Positions 28,234 through 38,620 of a stretch of 64,000 nucleotides of DNA are shown piece after piece. A program made the position numbers and the translations under genes. The notes beneath the pieces are model-generated. The model was not told the DNA's origin. It saw only the letters and a program-made list of their open reading frames with translations, and did no database searches. This stretch comes from a virus, in the IMG/VR virus record IMGVR_UViG_3300043438_001221; one strand, written 5' to 3'. Positions within the stretch are counted from its first letter, which is position 1, and each line of letters opens with the position of its first letter.

Positions 28234-28554
28234 TTAATTCAATACAGCAACGTCATCTTTAGTTAAAACCACCCACTTACCATCTGGTTTAATGATTCCA
28301 CATGGTTCCGTCTGTCCTTTGAATTTACCATCAACCATAAACCAATTAGCTTTCACACCAGCATGATAAGCCAAAGAGAATCTTTCATCTTCTGTTAATT
28401 CTTCGGGGTTTTCTTTTGTATATAGTGTCTTTAAATTTTCTAAAATCCATTCGTCAAATGCCTTAATATGTTTTTGGAAATCAATTTCGTTTTCCAACTG
28501 CCATTTTTTACAAAAATCTGGAGTTTCTACATTAAATTTTATTTTATTTTCCAT
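28234..28554 (-). CDS. Hypothetical protein
   Basis: ORF track. Confidence 0.6.
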   Translation of the reverse strand: MENKIKFNVETPDFCKKWQLENEIDFQKHIKAFDEWILENLKTLYTKENPEELTEDERFSLAYHAGVKANWFMVDGKFKGQTEPCGIIKPDGKWVVLTKDDVAVLN

Positions 28555-29212
28555 ATTTCTGAATTACATAATCATTTCCAGCTTTCCAATCATCCGTGAA
28601 CTCTTGCAGTCCGGGAGACTCGTGAGTTATCATAACATCCCCAACGCCAATTTTCAAGCCTTTATTACACGCATCTAAGCTCATCAAAATGTCGTATCCA
28701 TGGAAATTTGATGGACAATCCTCATCAAATCTCACCGTCTCTATCGCTTTCCGATTAAATGCCATGAAAACACCATCAATCATCACCACGCGATGGGGAT
28801 ACACACCAAAGCTCGTCATATGCTTCCTATTAGCGTTACCATGCGCCACCGCACCGTGTAGATGTCCTTGCCCCATGAGATGCCAGAGCGCGGGAGACTT
28901 GATTTCGGCTTGAGAACATCCCGCCACACCAACGATATCAAATTCCTGAAATAGCTTCTCCAGCTTTGGACGGGGATCGTGTTCCAGATGAACGTCATCG
29001 TGAATGAACATAACGTATTCAAATTTCTCCTTGATGGCTAGGTCTAGGAATTCGTTGTAAACCTTGGCAAGTCCTTGGCGATTATTAAACTTTGGATGAA
29101 TAAAGTTATCCAAATCCAATTCCAATGCTGTTCTGGATAAAGGGAAGTGCCAATTATTGCCTTTGGTTGCTGTGAAAATGGCGATATTGGAGGAGACGTT
29201 AGGATTTTCCAT
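28544..29212 (-). CDS. GT-A fold glycosyltransferase
   Basis: GLAKVYN, FIHDDV, GVAG, IDGVFMA, FDE..FHGYD, HESPG. Confidence 0.85.
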   Translation of the reverse strand: MENPNVSSNIAIFTATKGNNWHFPLSRTALELDLDNFIHPKFNNRQGLAKVYNEFLDLAIKEKFEYVMFIHDDVHLEHDPRPKLEKLFQEFDIVGVAGCSQAEIKSPALWHLMGQGHLHGAVAHGNANRKHMTSFGVYPHRVVMIDGVFMAFNRKAIETVRFDEDCPSNFHGYDILMSLDACNKGLKIGVGDVMITHESPGLQEFTDDWKAGNDYVIQKYGK

Positions 29213-29218
29213 GAGTTC

Positions 29219-29246
29219 AACTTAACACATGGGAGGATAATGTCAA
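29219..29246 (-). promoter_or_regulatory. Sigma70-like early promoter, leaderless
   Basis: TTGACA-N16-TAAGTT, 6 nt before ATG 29212. Confidence 0.7.
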
Positions 29247-29265
29247 ATTTTCATTAAATAATATC

Positions 29266-29697
29266 ATGCTTGAGGATTTACAAAAATTATATGAGGAGAT
29301 TTTGCTGGAATACAGAACATCCCCCCATCAACTTTCCGATATGAGTCTCAAACAGGCTTACAACGAATGTTATGAGATTTTCAAGGATTTGGGATTCACC
29401 ACGGCATCCACTTTTGCCATTTGGGATTATATCTATCGAAACTTACCAGATAAAATCAAAACGCCGGAAGTCCAACAATCCAAGAAAAAACATTATGGGA
29501 CGAATCTTCGCCCATTCATCGTCAATCTAATCAACTCAAACATGGCAAAAATAAATCTAAAAGACCTGAAATCCAAGATGTTAAACCGCGATCTAATCAA
29601 ACAATATCTTGATCGAAATGAGTATGGCAACAGACGAACAGGACTTTTGAAAAAATTATCCGCCGAATCGGAGAGAGATATTGTAAGAGATTACTAA
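29266..29697 (+). CDS. Late protein, candidate internal head protein
   Basis: TAAATA 29255-60, 5 nt to ATG; N-terminus MLEDLQKLYEEILLE. Confidence 0.6.
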   Translation: MLEDLQKLYEEILLEYRTSPHQLSDMSLKQAYNECYEIFKDLGFTTASTFAIWDYIYRNLPDKIKTPEVQQSKKKHYGTNLRPFIVNLINSNMAKINLKDLKSKMLNRDLIKQYLDRNEYGNRRTGLLKKLSAESERDIVRDY

Positions 29698-29705
29698 ATA
29701 GTATT

Positions 29706-31232
29706 ATGAGAAATTACGGATTTGATTATTTGGTGGAAAAGGTTCAGGTTTTGTCTGAGATGTCCAAATTGGGGGGCGACAGAGCTTGGATGACTGTTCA
29801 AAAATTTTATGATATCTACTTAGAAACACAATCTGCTATGAATGAAACCAGATTGTTTCCAAAATCAGCAGTGCGTGAAAATGCACAGATGGTGTTTATG
29901 GCAGAAACGCTTATGAAATTTTTAAAAATGGGGGGTGGGTTCTCGACACTTCGGCAAGCATCAACTGTAGAAAAAATTCCACCAGAAGAAAGAGAAAATC
30001 CTAAAGTATCGACCAGACTTACGCAGGGATACGCAAATTTTTGGAAAGCTTTTAGAGGTGGCGAACCTAAAAAAGATGGTCCAATGCAACAAAAATATAC
30101 TTTATATAAACTCGTAAAGGATAACTATGAAGTTGCCACTTCCGATAAATTTAAACAATTTGTCACCAATCCTGAAAATATTAAACAATGGGTTGAGGCG
30201 GGTAGAGAAGGTAGCTTAGATGCGTTGGACAAATCAGGAACTTCGAATGTTGCTGCAAAAATGAAACGAACCAAGGAAGGTATTTATGAAAGACCGCTTG
30301 AAGATATTTACAGAATCCAAGCTCAAGCAGCACCTTTGGTAAAAATGATTAACCGTTTGATGAGAAAAAAACGGAGTAAAAAAGGAGAGGTGTGGTCAAT
30401 TGATGATGAAAAGGCTACCCCCGAAGTTCATTTGGCTAAGGAGCTTGCCGAAGAATTATCATACATTCTTCCCTTCACAAATAAAGGATTTCAAGACTCA
30501 TCAAGTGATACCGAAAATCAAGGAGGATCGCTTTTTGCCAAGCGGGAAATGAGTAATGAAAAATCTTCCAATCCCAGAAAATATTTCGGTAAAAAATTTA
30601 CACAATCAGAAATAGAACAATTAATCGGATTTCTTGAGAGCAGGGAAGAAAGTGGACTTGGTATTACCGAAACTCAATGGACAAACTTGATAAGTAAAAT
30701 GAAAACATCCAACCCCATCATCTCCGAGTTGGGGGAATATCTATTAAGTGTTACACAACGCGAAAAAGAGGAAAATATTGATGAAAGTGGAGAGTTTGAG
30801 GGATATGATAAAGAATCCCTAGCTCAAGTTTTGGATACTCCTGAAAAAGAAGATATCTTTCGATCATTTTACGAATTGAAACAAGCTGAAGCTGATAAAC
30901 AATCGGAAATTGATGAAAAAAGATTCGCCGCTGGTCTTAAAAAACATGAAAGATATCAACAATCAGCTTCAGGAACAGGAATTGAAGCTCAAATTGAAAA
31001 ATTAATGCTCAGAGCCGAAGAATCTGATAATCCATCTGAAATAAAGCAGATAAAGAGAAAAATTGAAGCTCTTCTGAAAAAGAGAGATGAGCCGGAAGAT
31101 GAAGAAGGTGTCATGGGCTATATGACTGAACAAGTCAATAAAGACAGACACCTCAACAACATCGGGGAATACAAGGATCGTGGATTTAAGAAACCAGTAA
31201 ACTATAATCACTGGATGATGTTGAACTCCTAA
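29706..31232 (+). CDS. Late protein (508 aa), candidate internal head protein
   Basis: TAAATA 29695-700, 5 nt to ATG; charged helical sequence. Confidence 0.6.
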   Translation: MRNYGFDYLVEKVQVLSEMSKLGGDRAWMTVQKFYDIYLETQSAMNETRLFPKSAVRENAQMVFMAETLMKFLKMGGGFSTLRQASTVEKIPPEERENPKVSTRLTQGYANFWKAFRGGEPKKDGPMQQKYTLYKLVKDNYEVATSDKFKQFVTNPENIKQWVEAGREGSLDALDKSGTSNVAAKMKRTKEGIYERPLEDIYRIQAQAAPLVKMINRLMRKKRSKKGEVWSIDDEKATPEVHLAKELAEELSYILPFTNKGFQDSSSDTENQGGSLFAKREMSNEKSSNPRKYFGKKFTQSEIEQLIGFLESREESGLGITETQWTNLISKMKTSNPIISELGEYLLSVTQREKEENIDESGEFEGYDKESLAQVLDTPEKEDIFRSFYELKQAEADKQSEIDEKRFAAGLKKHERYQQSASGTGIEAQIEKLMLRAEESDNPSEIKQIKRKIEALLKKRDEPEDEEGVMGYMTEQVNKDRHLNNIGEYKDRGFKKPVNYNHWMMLNS

Positions 31233-31804
31233 ACCTCATTACCCCACGCATCCCACCCCTCAAATTTGTCTCTAGCAAAGAGTTCAATCTTGTTTAGATC
31301 ATCTTTAACCATTTCCTCAATCCTTCGTCTCACTTCGTCGGGTTTCTTGGAATGATGTTCTCGTTTGGAGCTTAGGAATGATCGGACTTTACGACTCTTT
31401 ATCAATTTGCGGGGAGTTCCTTTGGAAGCCAATAAGCATAACTCAATACCGCTTTTCATGGTGTATTGTCCACCTTTCATTTCAACTGGTTCACCTTGCT
31501 TAGTCAATTTTTGCCACGCAAATCCTACGGTTCGATAAGTGAACCCCCAATCCTCAATCACCCTCATACATTTTTCCATGTGGTAATCACTCGTCCATAT
31601 CAATAATATGGCGGTATCGTCTGTAATATCCTTGACTGGTATCTTCCTAATATCTTTTGACGATAAGACTGGATATGGGGGATTTATGTGAACATTGTGA
31701 CCACATTTATCTGGAGTGGTTGATGAGTCATTGTAATACGACCATGGAGGATCAGCATAAATGACTTGATATTTCTTACCAGTATTGACAATATCTTCAA
31801 TCAT
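31229..31804 (-). CDS. MT-A70 family N6-adenine methyltransferase
   Basis: IYADPPW, WGF, ELCLLA, REHHSKKP, IELFAR, GWDAWGNE. Confidence 0.9.
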   Translation of the reverse strand: MIEDIVNTGKKYQVIYADPPWSYYNDSSTTPDKCGHNVHINPPYPVLSSKDIRKIPVKDITDDTAILLIWTSDYHMEKCMRVIEDWGFTYRTVGFAWQKLTKQGEPVEMKGGQYTMKSGIELCLLASKGTPRKLIKSRKVRSFLSSKREHHSKKPDEVRRRIEEMVKDDLNKIELFARDKFEGWDAWGNEV

Positions 31805-32925
31805 TCGTCAGTATCCACATCATCCTCTTCCAATGCCACCAGATCATCGTCTTCAGGAGAAGAACCATATGCCCAATGGATTTTGATACGCTTCTCAAGT
31901 TCGGGGAGCAATTTGGTTTCCCATAGATCAATATTACGACTGAAGCTCTTGTAATAACCCAACTTATTTCCTTCCCAATCGGTGTAGGATGAGCCAGAAT
32001 TTCTAACAACTCCCATACCCTTCATGATTTCCAGAAGACCGTAATATTTATCAATACCCTTGCTGAATGAGAGATAGAATTCTCCTTCCAAATATTGTTT
32101 GATGAAGCGATTCTTGACAGTAAGAGCGCGAATGACAACACCCGAATAATTCTTCTGGGAAGCAGATAGCTTATCATTGATCTGTTTATTTTCCGAATCC
32201 TTGACAAGCTTTCTTGCAAGCTGAACTGTTACGGATGGGAGATATACAGCAGCCTTACCTCCCGGCATGTTCTTCTCCAGAGATGGATACATTGCGCTTG
32301 GATCGTCATATACATGGTTGGTGACAACAATCGAAGTCTTTGTCAGCGTTGAAAGATTGGTGATGCGCTTCAAAAGGCTTTTGATAGCCTTGGCAAATGT
32401 TCCCATATCAGCAGAGGTGGAATCCTTATCCATTCTTGATAGTTCCATCTCAGAGTTCAGGTTTGCGAGGGAATCAATTACAATAATAAATTTACCAAAT
32501 TGTTTCTTTTCTCTCACATTCGTAAGAAACTTGTGTATGGCGTTGCGCGTTTGTTCAACAGATTCGCATCCCACATACTTGACTTTATTTGTGTCCATCC
32601 CGAACTTAGCACACGCTTCAGGATCAATGGCACCCTCTGTGTCGAAAATCACGGGAATCATCCCTTTCTTTTGAGCATTTGCCATAATATTCATCACAAC
32701 CCCTGTTTTGAACGCACCCGATGGTCCGGCAAATTGGGTGATTCTCCCATTTGGGATGCCCCCATACAACGAACCGGAAATCAGGGCATTTAACACCATG
32801 CTTCCCGTATCAATATGATCATCCACAGATGACAGGGTGGATTCGCTTAGGAACGCCGAATACGGCACCACATCATCCAATGATTTCAGGGAAGCAAATA
32901 ATTCTTTATCAATTTCTTTTGACAT
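31801..32925 (-). CDS. uvsX: RecA-like recombinase UvsX
   Basis: DTGS..LN..ISGSLYGG, AGPSGAFKT, FDTE, IDSL, NHVY, PGG. Confidence 0.95.
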   Translation of the reverse strand: MSKEIDKELFASLKSLDDVVPYSAFLSESTLSSVDDHIDTGSMVLNALISGSLYGGIPNGRITQFAGPSGAFKTGVVMNIMANAQKKGMIPVIFDTEGAIDPEACAKFGMDTNKVKYVGCESVEQTRNAIHKFLTNVREKKQFGKFIIVIDSLANLNSEMELSRMDKDSTSADMGTFAKAIKSLLKRITNLSTLTKTSIVVTNHVYDDPSAMYPSLEKNMPGGKAAVYLPSVTVQLARKLVKDSENKQINDKLSASQKNYSGVVIRALTVKNRFIKQYLEGEFYLSFSKGIDKYYGLLEIMKGMGVVRNSGSSYTDWEGNKLGYYKSFSRNIDLWETKLLPELEKRIKIHWAYGSSPEDDDLVALEEDDVDTDE

Positions 32926-32928
32926 GTT

Positions 32929-33291
32929 TTAAAGAGAGTCGATGGATACGATTTTAGGTGAGGATGATGGAACTGCTTGTGGCTCCGCTTGAACACGGGG
33001 AGCATTAATCTTATCAACCAGATCAGCCATCCGTGGATCAAGAACCACATCACTGATTGCGATGGATGATTTATGATATGTCCAATTATTTTGTTCCCTA
33101 TCAGAAGGATTGATGAATTCAAACAATAGAAGGGGGACTGGTTGGAACTTGTAAGCCCCATTCTGCTCCATTTCCACAAAGAGAATTACCGGATTGTGTA
33201 AGGTGATGGTAGTATCCGTTTCAGATACCAGTCTTCCGGTGATTGTTTGTCCAACTTGGTTTACGATTACTGTGTGTCTCTTTTCTTTCAT
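32929..33291 (-). CDS. Hypothetical protein, possible Sm-like fold
   Basis: GQTITGRL..ITLHNP beta pattern. Confidence 0.45.
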   Translation of the reverse strand: MKEKRHTVIVNQVGQTITGRLVSETDTTITLHNPVILFVEMEQNGAYKFQPVPLLLFEFINPSDREQNNWTYHKSSIAISDVVLDPRMADLVDKINAPRVQAEPQAVPSSSPKIVSIDSL

Positions 33292-33309
33292 ATGTGTAGA
33301 TTTAGTCGT

Positions 33310-33561
33310 TTATCTGGCGTTGTCCAGCGTTTCTTTTTGTTCTTTCAATTTTTTTCTAAATGAGTATCCCATATTATTCATTCTCTTGGCAAGATTGTGA
33401 TAATAATCCGAACGATCCTTGATGATATGTCTCACGATTTCCAGCTTGGGGTTGGGGAACGGAACGTCATGAGTGGGATCATTCAGGAGATTGATCAGGT
33501 TGTCGATGATTCGGTCTTCGGCATCCGTCAGACCCTTACAGTAAGCTTCGTTAAGGTTCAT
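33310..33561 (-). CDS. Hypothetical protein
   Basis: ORF track. Confidence 0.6.
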   Translation of the reverse strand: MNLNEAYCKGLTDAEDRIIDNLINLLNDPTHDVPFPNPKLEIVRHIIKDRSDYYHNLAKRMNNMGYSFRKKLKEQKETLDNAR

Positions 33562-33719
33562 AATTTTATTATTTCCATTTTTTTAGTATCAATTCCAATG
33601 ATATTACAACAACATATCACACCATTCATTATGAATGTATTTTTACATGTAGGTTCCAATATGAATATTTTACCACAATTTGTGTAATATCTACATGGCT
33701 TGTTATAAAACTCTTCCAT
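33558..33719 (-). CDS. Small Cys-rich protein (53 aa, not in ORF track)
   Basis: MEEFYNKPCRYYTNC...ICCCN...IIKL*; starts 1 nt after pol stop, ATGA coupling downstream. Confidence 0.45.
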   Translation of the reverse strand: MEEFYNKPCRYYTNCGKIFILEPTCKNTFIMNGVICCCNIIGIDTKKMEIIKL

Positions 33720-33720
33720 A

Positions 33721-36228
33721 TCATTCTCCAAACAAGTCGTCCAATTCTACTGTCAGATTTTCCGATGGTTTTCTCAATTTCCAACCCACTGCTTCATAAA
33801 ATCTCTCAATCGCAGCATAAAACACTTTAGCAAACATTTTCTCATAGTCAACCGTGAAAATGTTATCAAATTCTTCTGGCCAATCACCCTTGAATCCGAT
33901 CATATCCAAATTGTATTTGTTGGGCTTCTTAACATACACCATGCGAACCTTATCCCCTGATTTGAATTTCTCGTATTTGGAACCCCATCCATTCTGTTCC
34001 ATGATCATGTCATGAAAATAAGCAGCTTTCAGATGAGATGGCATACCTTTCACAGTGTTCATACCGTTACATCTAGCCGAATATTCGGAAAAATTATTCA
34101 TACCCGAAATCTTGGAAATCTCAGCAATGGATAGGTTCTTGAATTCCTCATAAGCCTCGTTGAACATGTCGTTGGTTTCCTTCAGCGATTGGGAAATGAT
34201 CATATGTTCAATAACTTTCTTAACATATGGCTTTACCTTCTTGGGCATCGTGGTTTTCACCACATCAACTCCCCGATACTTGAACTTATCCACCTTGGTT
34301 CCCTCATCATCCAGAACATGGAGGACATAATATTTCTTACCAATGAAGATTCCGCTATCACAGATGGTTTCCCGCTTGAACACGAAACGGGGATCAGTGC
34401 TTCTCAGGGCTTTTCCAGCCCAATCGGTAATCCGTTTATTAATATAATCCTCAATATCCTCACACAATTCATAAAATTCATCCGATTTTGAATCCAAACC
34501 AAACATTTTAAGGGAAACAAAAAAGCTATCAGTATCCCCGTAAACACAACTTTGTTGCAAAATTGATTCCGATATATTGGGAAATTTTTCCCGCACGTAA
34601 TCCTGAAACAAATCATTGCTCTTCTTGATTACCGCTTGTCCTGTCAATGTCACCGATGTTCCAATATCCTCATCCCCAAGGGGTGCATATTTGTTGAGCA
34701 TATAACCATAGAGGGAATTGAGATGGATTTTATAAGCGTATTGGATGCTATCAAATTTCTGTTCTCCCTCTTTATCTCCATTCTTACGACATTCCATCAT
34801 CTTGTTTTTCATCTCCTTCCGCTTGGTGTAAAGATTGTCTAGGAATTCGGGAACCAGACCACGTTTCTTCTGAGAGAAGAGAAATCCTGCTTTAGTTAAT
34901 GCCGCTTGCTCCTCATCAATAAATTTCTTGAAGTTCTCAGGAGTCATCTCAAACAACCTACCCGATACATGATGGATTTTCACCTTATCTCCATCCTTCT
35001 CAACCCTTCCGATTTTCGTTTCGGGGGAGAGATTTAAAGAAATCATCACAGATGGGTATAGGGAGTTGGCATCAAAGGATACGATGTTCTCCGCAAAGCC
35101 TATTTTTGGCTCTGCTACATATCCACCGGGAGCGCGGTAGTCCGTCACAGGACGAATGAACGTAGGAATGTATTCCCCCCGCATACGGGCGCGTATGGCG
35201 ATTGCGCCATTCATTGCTGGGAGTGTTCTGATCGCGCTTTCCAGATCACACAATCCGGTATATGCGAGGAATCTGATAAGATTGATATATCCTTTTTTCT
35301 GATCAAGCCCTACCACGATTTCCACATCCCGTATGCAATAATCGGTGAAAGTGTGCCAATCATTTTTCGCCAGTTCCCATAGATTACCATCATGTGCAAC
35401 CTTATTGATTCCCAATTCAACCTCCCCAATATTATCCAATTTATACGATTCCTGTTTCTCCAGATTGAACTTCTGATAAATCACATAATAATCAAGAATT
35501 GATAGCCCTTCAATCACATACTCCTTGGAAGGCATCCCAAATTTACCATTTGGATTGGTCTTTTCATAAATCCTACCCGTTGGGGACAGCTTATCAGCCC
35601 ATTCCTTTCCCAATTGGAAAGTGATTCGATTCACGAGATAAGGAACGTCAAATGCTGCTATATTCCACCCACTCAACACATCAAAACTTTCCTTTTGGAA
35701 GTATTTGATGAATGTTTTGAGCAAATCTTCTTCGGATTTACACCATGTATATTTCACATCATCTCTAATGGTGTGGAAGTTCTTCAACCCAAAGACATGA
35801 TACATCTTGGATTCAGAATTATAAATTGTAATCAAATTAATCACCGATTCCGCCAATTCTGGTTCTGGAAATTTATCAGAAGATGGACATTCCAAATCCA
35901 GATATGCCACTTTTAAAGGATGTTGGGAGAAATTAACATCCTCGCAAACCGACCAGTAATTATCAATCAGGAATTGCTGATATGGTGGCAGGTTTTCATA
36001 AATCCGCTTGATATTACTATCCTTGACAAAATTATTCCTGTCGTATGAACTGTTGAAACATTTCTTCTCTAATAAAGTTCCGTATATAGACTTTTTATCC
36101 CCTTTTTTATTCTCCAATAAAATATAAGGTTTAAAATCGTGTTCTTCCCGAATACGTTCCCCATTTTTATCCCACGAGAATAAATGGATTTTACGTGATT
36201 TGTTATCATATACACAATTTCTATACAT
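33721..36228 (-). CDS. gp43: Family B DNA polymerase (gp43-like)
   Basis: Exo DLE, GWNIAAFD, YCIRD; pol SFDANSLYPS, KIHLNSLYG, YGDTDS, KKYY. Confidence 0.97.
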   Translation of the reverse strand: MYRNCVYDNKSRKIHLFSWDKNGERIREEHDFKPYILLENKKGDKKSIYGTLLEKKCFNSSYDRNNFVKDSNIKRIYENLPPYQQFLIDNYWSVCEDVNFSQHPLKVAYLDLECPSSDKFPEPELAESVINLITIYNSESKMYHVFGLKNFHTIRDDVKYTWCKSEEDLLKTFIKYFQKESFDVLSGWNIAAFDVPYLVNRITFQLGKEWADKLSPTGRIYEKTNPNGKFGMPSKEYVIEGLSILDYYVIYQKFNLEKQESYKLDNIGEVELGINKVAHDGNLWELAKNDWHTFTDYCIRDVEIVVGLDQKKGYINLIRFLAYTGLCDLESAIRTLPAMNGAIAIRARMRGEYIPTFIRPVTDYRAPGGYVAEPKIGFAENIVSFDANSLYPSVMISLNLSPETKIGRVEKDGDKVKIHHVSGRLFEMTPENFKKFIDEEQAALTKAGFLFSQKKRGLVPEFLDNLYTKRKEMKNKMMECRKNGDKEGEQKFDSIQYAYKIHLNSLYGYMLNKYAPLGDEDIGTSVTLTGQAVIKKSNDLFQDYVREKFPNISESILQQSCVYGDTDSFFVSLKMFGLDSKSDEFYELCEDIEDYINKRITDWAGKALRSTDPRFVFKRETICDSGIFIGKKYYVLHVLDDEGTKVDKFKYRGVDVVKTTMPKKVKPYVKKVIEHMIISQSLKETNDMFNEAYEEFKNLSIAEISKISGMNNFSEYSARCNGMNTVKGMPSHLKAAYFHDMIMEQNGWGSKYEKFKSGDKVRMVYVKKPNKYNLDMIGFKGDWPEEFDNIFTVDYEKMFAKVFYAAIERFYEAVGWKLRKPSENLTVELDDLFGE

Positions 36229-36244
36229 TTTATTAAATATTGTT

Positions 36245-36526
36245 ATGGATAATTATTTCAAAGACTTGGGCATAATTTACGAAAATCTTGATATGGAATC
36301 GTCATACGATGATTATGACCCACAAACAGAAAAAGTCAAGGCAGAGGCGCATGAACTTTGTTCATATATTGAAAAATATCTAAAGGGGACTATCAATTTT
36401 TACCAAAACAATAAAAAAGCCTTTTTCGATAATCCTTCGGATATGAACAGCTTTGAAGAATTGAAAGGCATGTTTGAAAGACTTCGCCCAACGCTCGCTC
36501 AATATTCCCAATTTGGGAAGAATTAA
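36245..36526 (+). CDS. Late protein, candidate internal head protein
   Basis: TAAATA 36234-39, 5 nt to ATG; MDNYFKDLGIIYE. Confidence 0.6.
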   Translation: MDNYFKDLGIIYENLDMESSYDDYDPQTEKVKAEAHELCSYIEKYLKGTINFYQNNKKAFFDNPSDMNSFEELKGMFERLRPTLAQYSQFGKN

Positions 36527-37719
36527 TCGTTCCAATATCTCATAAATCTACGAGATGGATCACCATGATTCGTATTCAACGCTTCCATGAAAGTTCCAAT
36601 ATTCTCCGGTCTTTCAAGGAATCTGCTTTCTCCAAGCTTTCTAAGCTCTGGAACCAACTTGTAATACTTGGAACGGTTCTTCCAATTCAGAATTGCCTCC
36701 ACTTTCTGTTCCAAATCGAGAGAATCCGTGAATTTTAGGAAATCAGGAGCATCCTGATATGTCACCATATCCTGAACCATGCAGGGAATACCCAAGCAAG
36801 CTCCCTCAATGTATTTGATATCTGATTTTGACCTGTTGAATGGGATATCCTTCAAGGGCGCAAGAAGTAATTGGGGATTCAAAGAAGCAATGAATTTGGG
36901 GTAATCCATCAGAGATTGCCAAGGATGGAATTCGATTTCCTTACTTTCAATATATGGATGCAGGGGAGGAGGATAAGCACCAATGAAAATGAACTGATAC
37001 TTGGAGCGGTTATCAATGATGAATTTCAACACATGGGAAAAATCATCCTGTTGTCCCGTGACATTCTTTACATCAAAGTGCGCTCCCGATCCTGAATAGA
37101 GGATGCGTGGTTTCTTCTTATTCCTATCAAAGTTCTGGATAACCTTACCATAATTATAGTGATGACCAATCCACCATTCGGGAGGGAAGTTGGGAATCAC
37201 GGAAGTCTTTTGTTGTCCCGTCTTCTCAATGAAGAGATCGCGCATGTATTTACATGTCACTGTCACCTCATCCGCCATGTTCATCATATCCACGCAGTTC
37301 TGACGAATCTCATCGGAAGCAAATGCGTGTTTATAGGAATTGTAATCGGGAATCTCTTCATGGAAGACCACATCATCCACCTCATAGATGATCTTAAACC
37401 CGCATTCGGGTTGGATACTCTTGAGGAATTTAAAGAATTCTTTCTGTTGAGTCGAACATTGGCGTTGGAGCTTGATGGTTTTCACATCCCGATACCAATC
37501 CTTGTTGAGAACCATTTTACGAATGGTCGTGGAATCCCCATGACCCCCCAAATTAACCTGCATTTCGGGCCATAAGATACGCCACGCAGCGCAGCCACTA
37601 ATATCCGCTGAAAAGTTTAGATATGTATTACCCTTTTTCGGAGGCTCTTGGGTGGTATTTTTTACCGCATAGGGGTTCTTAGCAAAAGGAGATGATGGGA
37701 AGGGCGACTTTTGAAACAT
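36523..37719 (-). CDS. GT-B fold glycosyltransferase
   Basis: GCAAWRI, YEVDD, ADEVTVT, VIPN, LAPL..PFNRSKSDIKYIE. Confidence 0.85.
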   Translation of the reverse strand: MFQKSPFPSSPFAKNPYAVKNTTQEPPKKGNTYLNFSADISGCAAWRILWPEMQVNLGGHGDSTTIRKMVLNKDWYRDVKTIKLQRQCSTQQKEFFKFLKSIQPECGFKIIYEVDDVVFHEEIPDYNSYKHAFASDEIRQNCVDMMNMADEVTVTCKYMRDLFIEKTGQQKTSVIPNFPPEWWIGHHYNYGKVIQNFDRNKKKPRILYSGSGAHFDVKNVTGQQDDFSHVLKFIIDNRSKYQFIFIGAYPPPLHPYIESKEIEFHPWQSLMDYPKFIASLNPQLLLAPLKDIPFNRSKSDIKYIEGACLGIPCMVQDMVTYQDAPDFLKFTDSLDLEQKVEAILNWKNRSKYYKLVPELRKLGESRFLERPENIGTFMEALNTNHGDPSRRFMRYWND

Positions 37720-37741
37720 GAAGAGATTTATCCATGTTTTT

Positions 37742-38620
37742 TCATTTGTCAATTGTTATTCTTCTAGTCACTCCACCCTCTTTCTCCAAGAACACCGTCT
37801 CACCGTTGATATGTTTTTCAATCTCTTTTCTGTGGGAAATCGCATAAAATGAAAGATTGTGTTTATCGATCCGTTGTTTTACAAGTTGAACCAGAAGATC
37901 AAATCCATGACCATCAAATGCTGAATCGAAAAATTCGTCCCCGAATTCCACATTGGATGATACTCCAGAAATCTTCCGTTTCAAATCCTTGAATGCCCAC
38001 GCACACGCAAGATCAACAGTCCTACGCTCCCCACCACTCAGATTCCAGTAAGAAATCTCCTTACCTTTGTCATTGGAAAGCTGCTCATCAAAATATTCAT
38101 CAAATTTACAACGAATGGACATGCCAAGATCGTTGATGTATTGCTGGATGCTTGCGTTCATCATGGAAAGGAGTCTCTTCACCACAAAGCTACGGACACC
38201 TTCTTCCCCAAGAACGAATTTACAGATTTCATAATCTTCCGATTTCTGTTTGAGTAATAGGAAATTGTTGCGTTCCGTATCATGTCTCTCTTGAGTCTTG
38301 ATGATGTTTTCTTCAAATGCTGGTTTCGGTAATTCATCCAACTTTAAATTATCCAGAGAGTCCTTGTATTGCTTGAGACTGTTTTCCAGACCTTCTAATT
38401 TTTGTTTGGTGACTTTCGCTTCATTAATTTGATCTTGAAATTCTGATACCTTTCGCTGAACCTTTTCTTTTTTAGATTGAAGTTGAGATTTTTGTTCCTT
38501 CAATTCATCAATTTCCTCGACAATATCATCCAATTCGGATTGATATTGTTCCTTCATTTTCTCCAAATGTTCCACATGGGTATGGGGAATATCTTGGAGG
38601 CATTTGTCACATTTAATCAT
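37742..38620 (-). CDS. gp46: gp46/SbcC/Rad50 ATPase, C-terminal half
   Basis: Starts MIKCDKC (Zn hook), coiled coil, LSGGE, DEFFDSAFD, ISH. Confidence 0.9.
   Translation of the reverse strand: MIKCDKCLQDIPHTHVEHLEKMKEQYQSELDDIVEEIDELKEQKSQLQSKKEKVQRKVSEFQDQINEAKVTKQKLEGLENSLKQYKDSLDNLKLDELPKPAFEENIIKTQERHDTERNNFLLLKQKSEDYEICKFVLGEEGVRSFVVKRLLSMMNASIQQYINDLGMSIRCKFDEYFDEQLSNDKGKEISYWNLSGGERRTVDLACAWAFKDLKRKISGVSSNVEFGDEFFDSAFDGHGFDLLVQLVKQRIDKHNLSFYAISHRKEIEKHINGETVFLEKEGGVTRRITIDK

Noticed and set aside
33721-36228. Intein or intron in the DNA polymerase
   Set aside because: Continuous 835-aa ORF with normally spaced motifs
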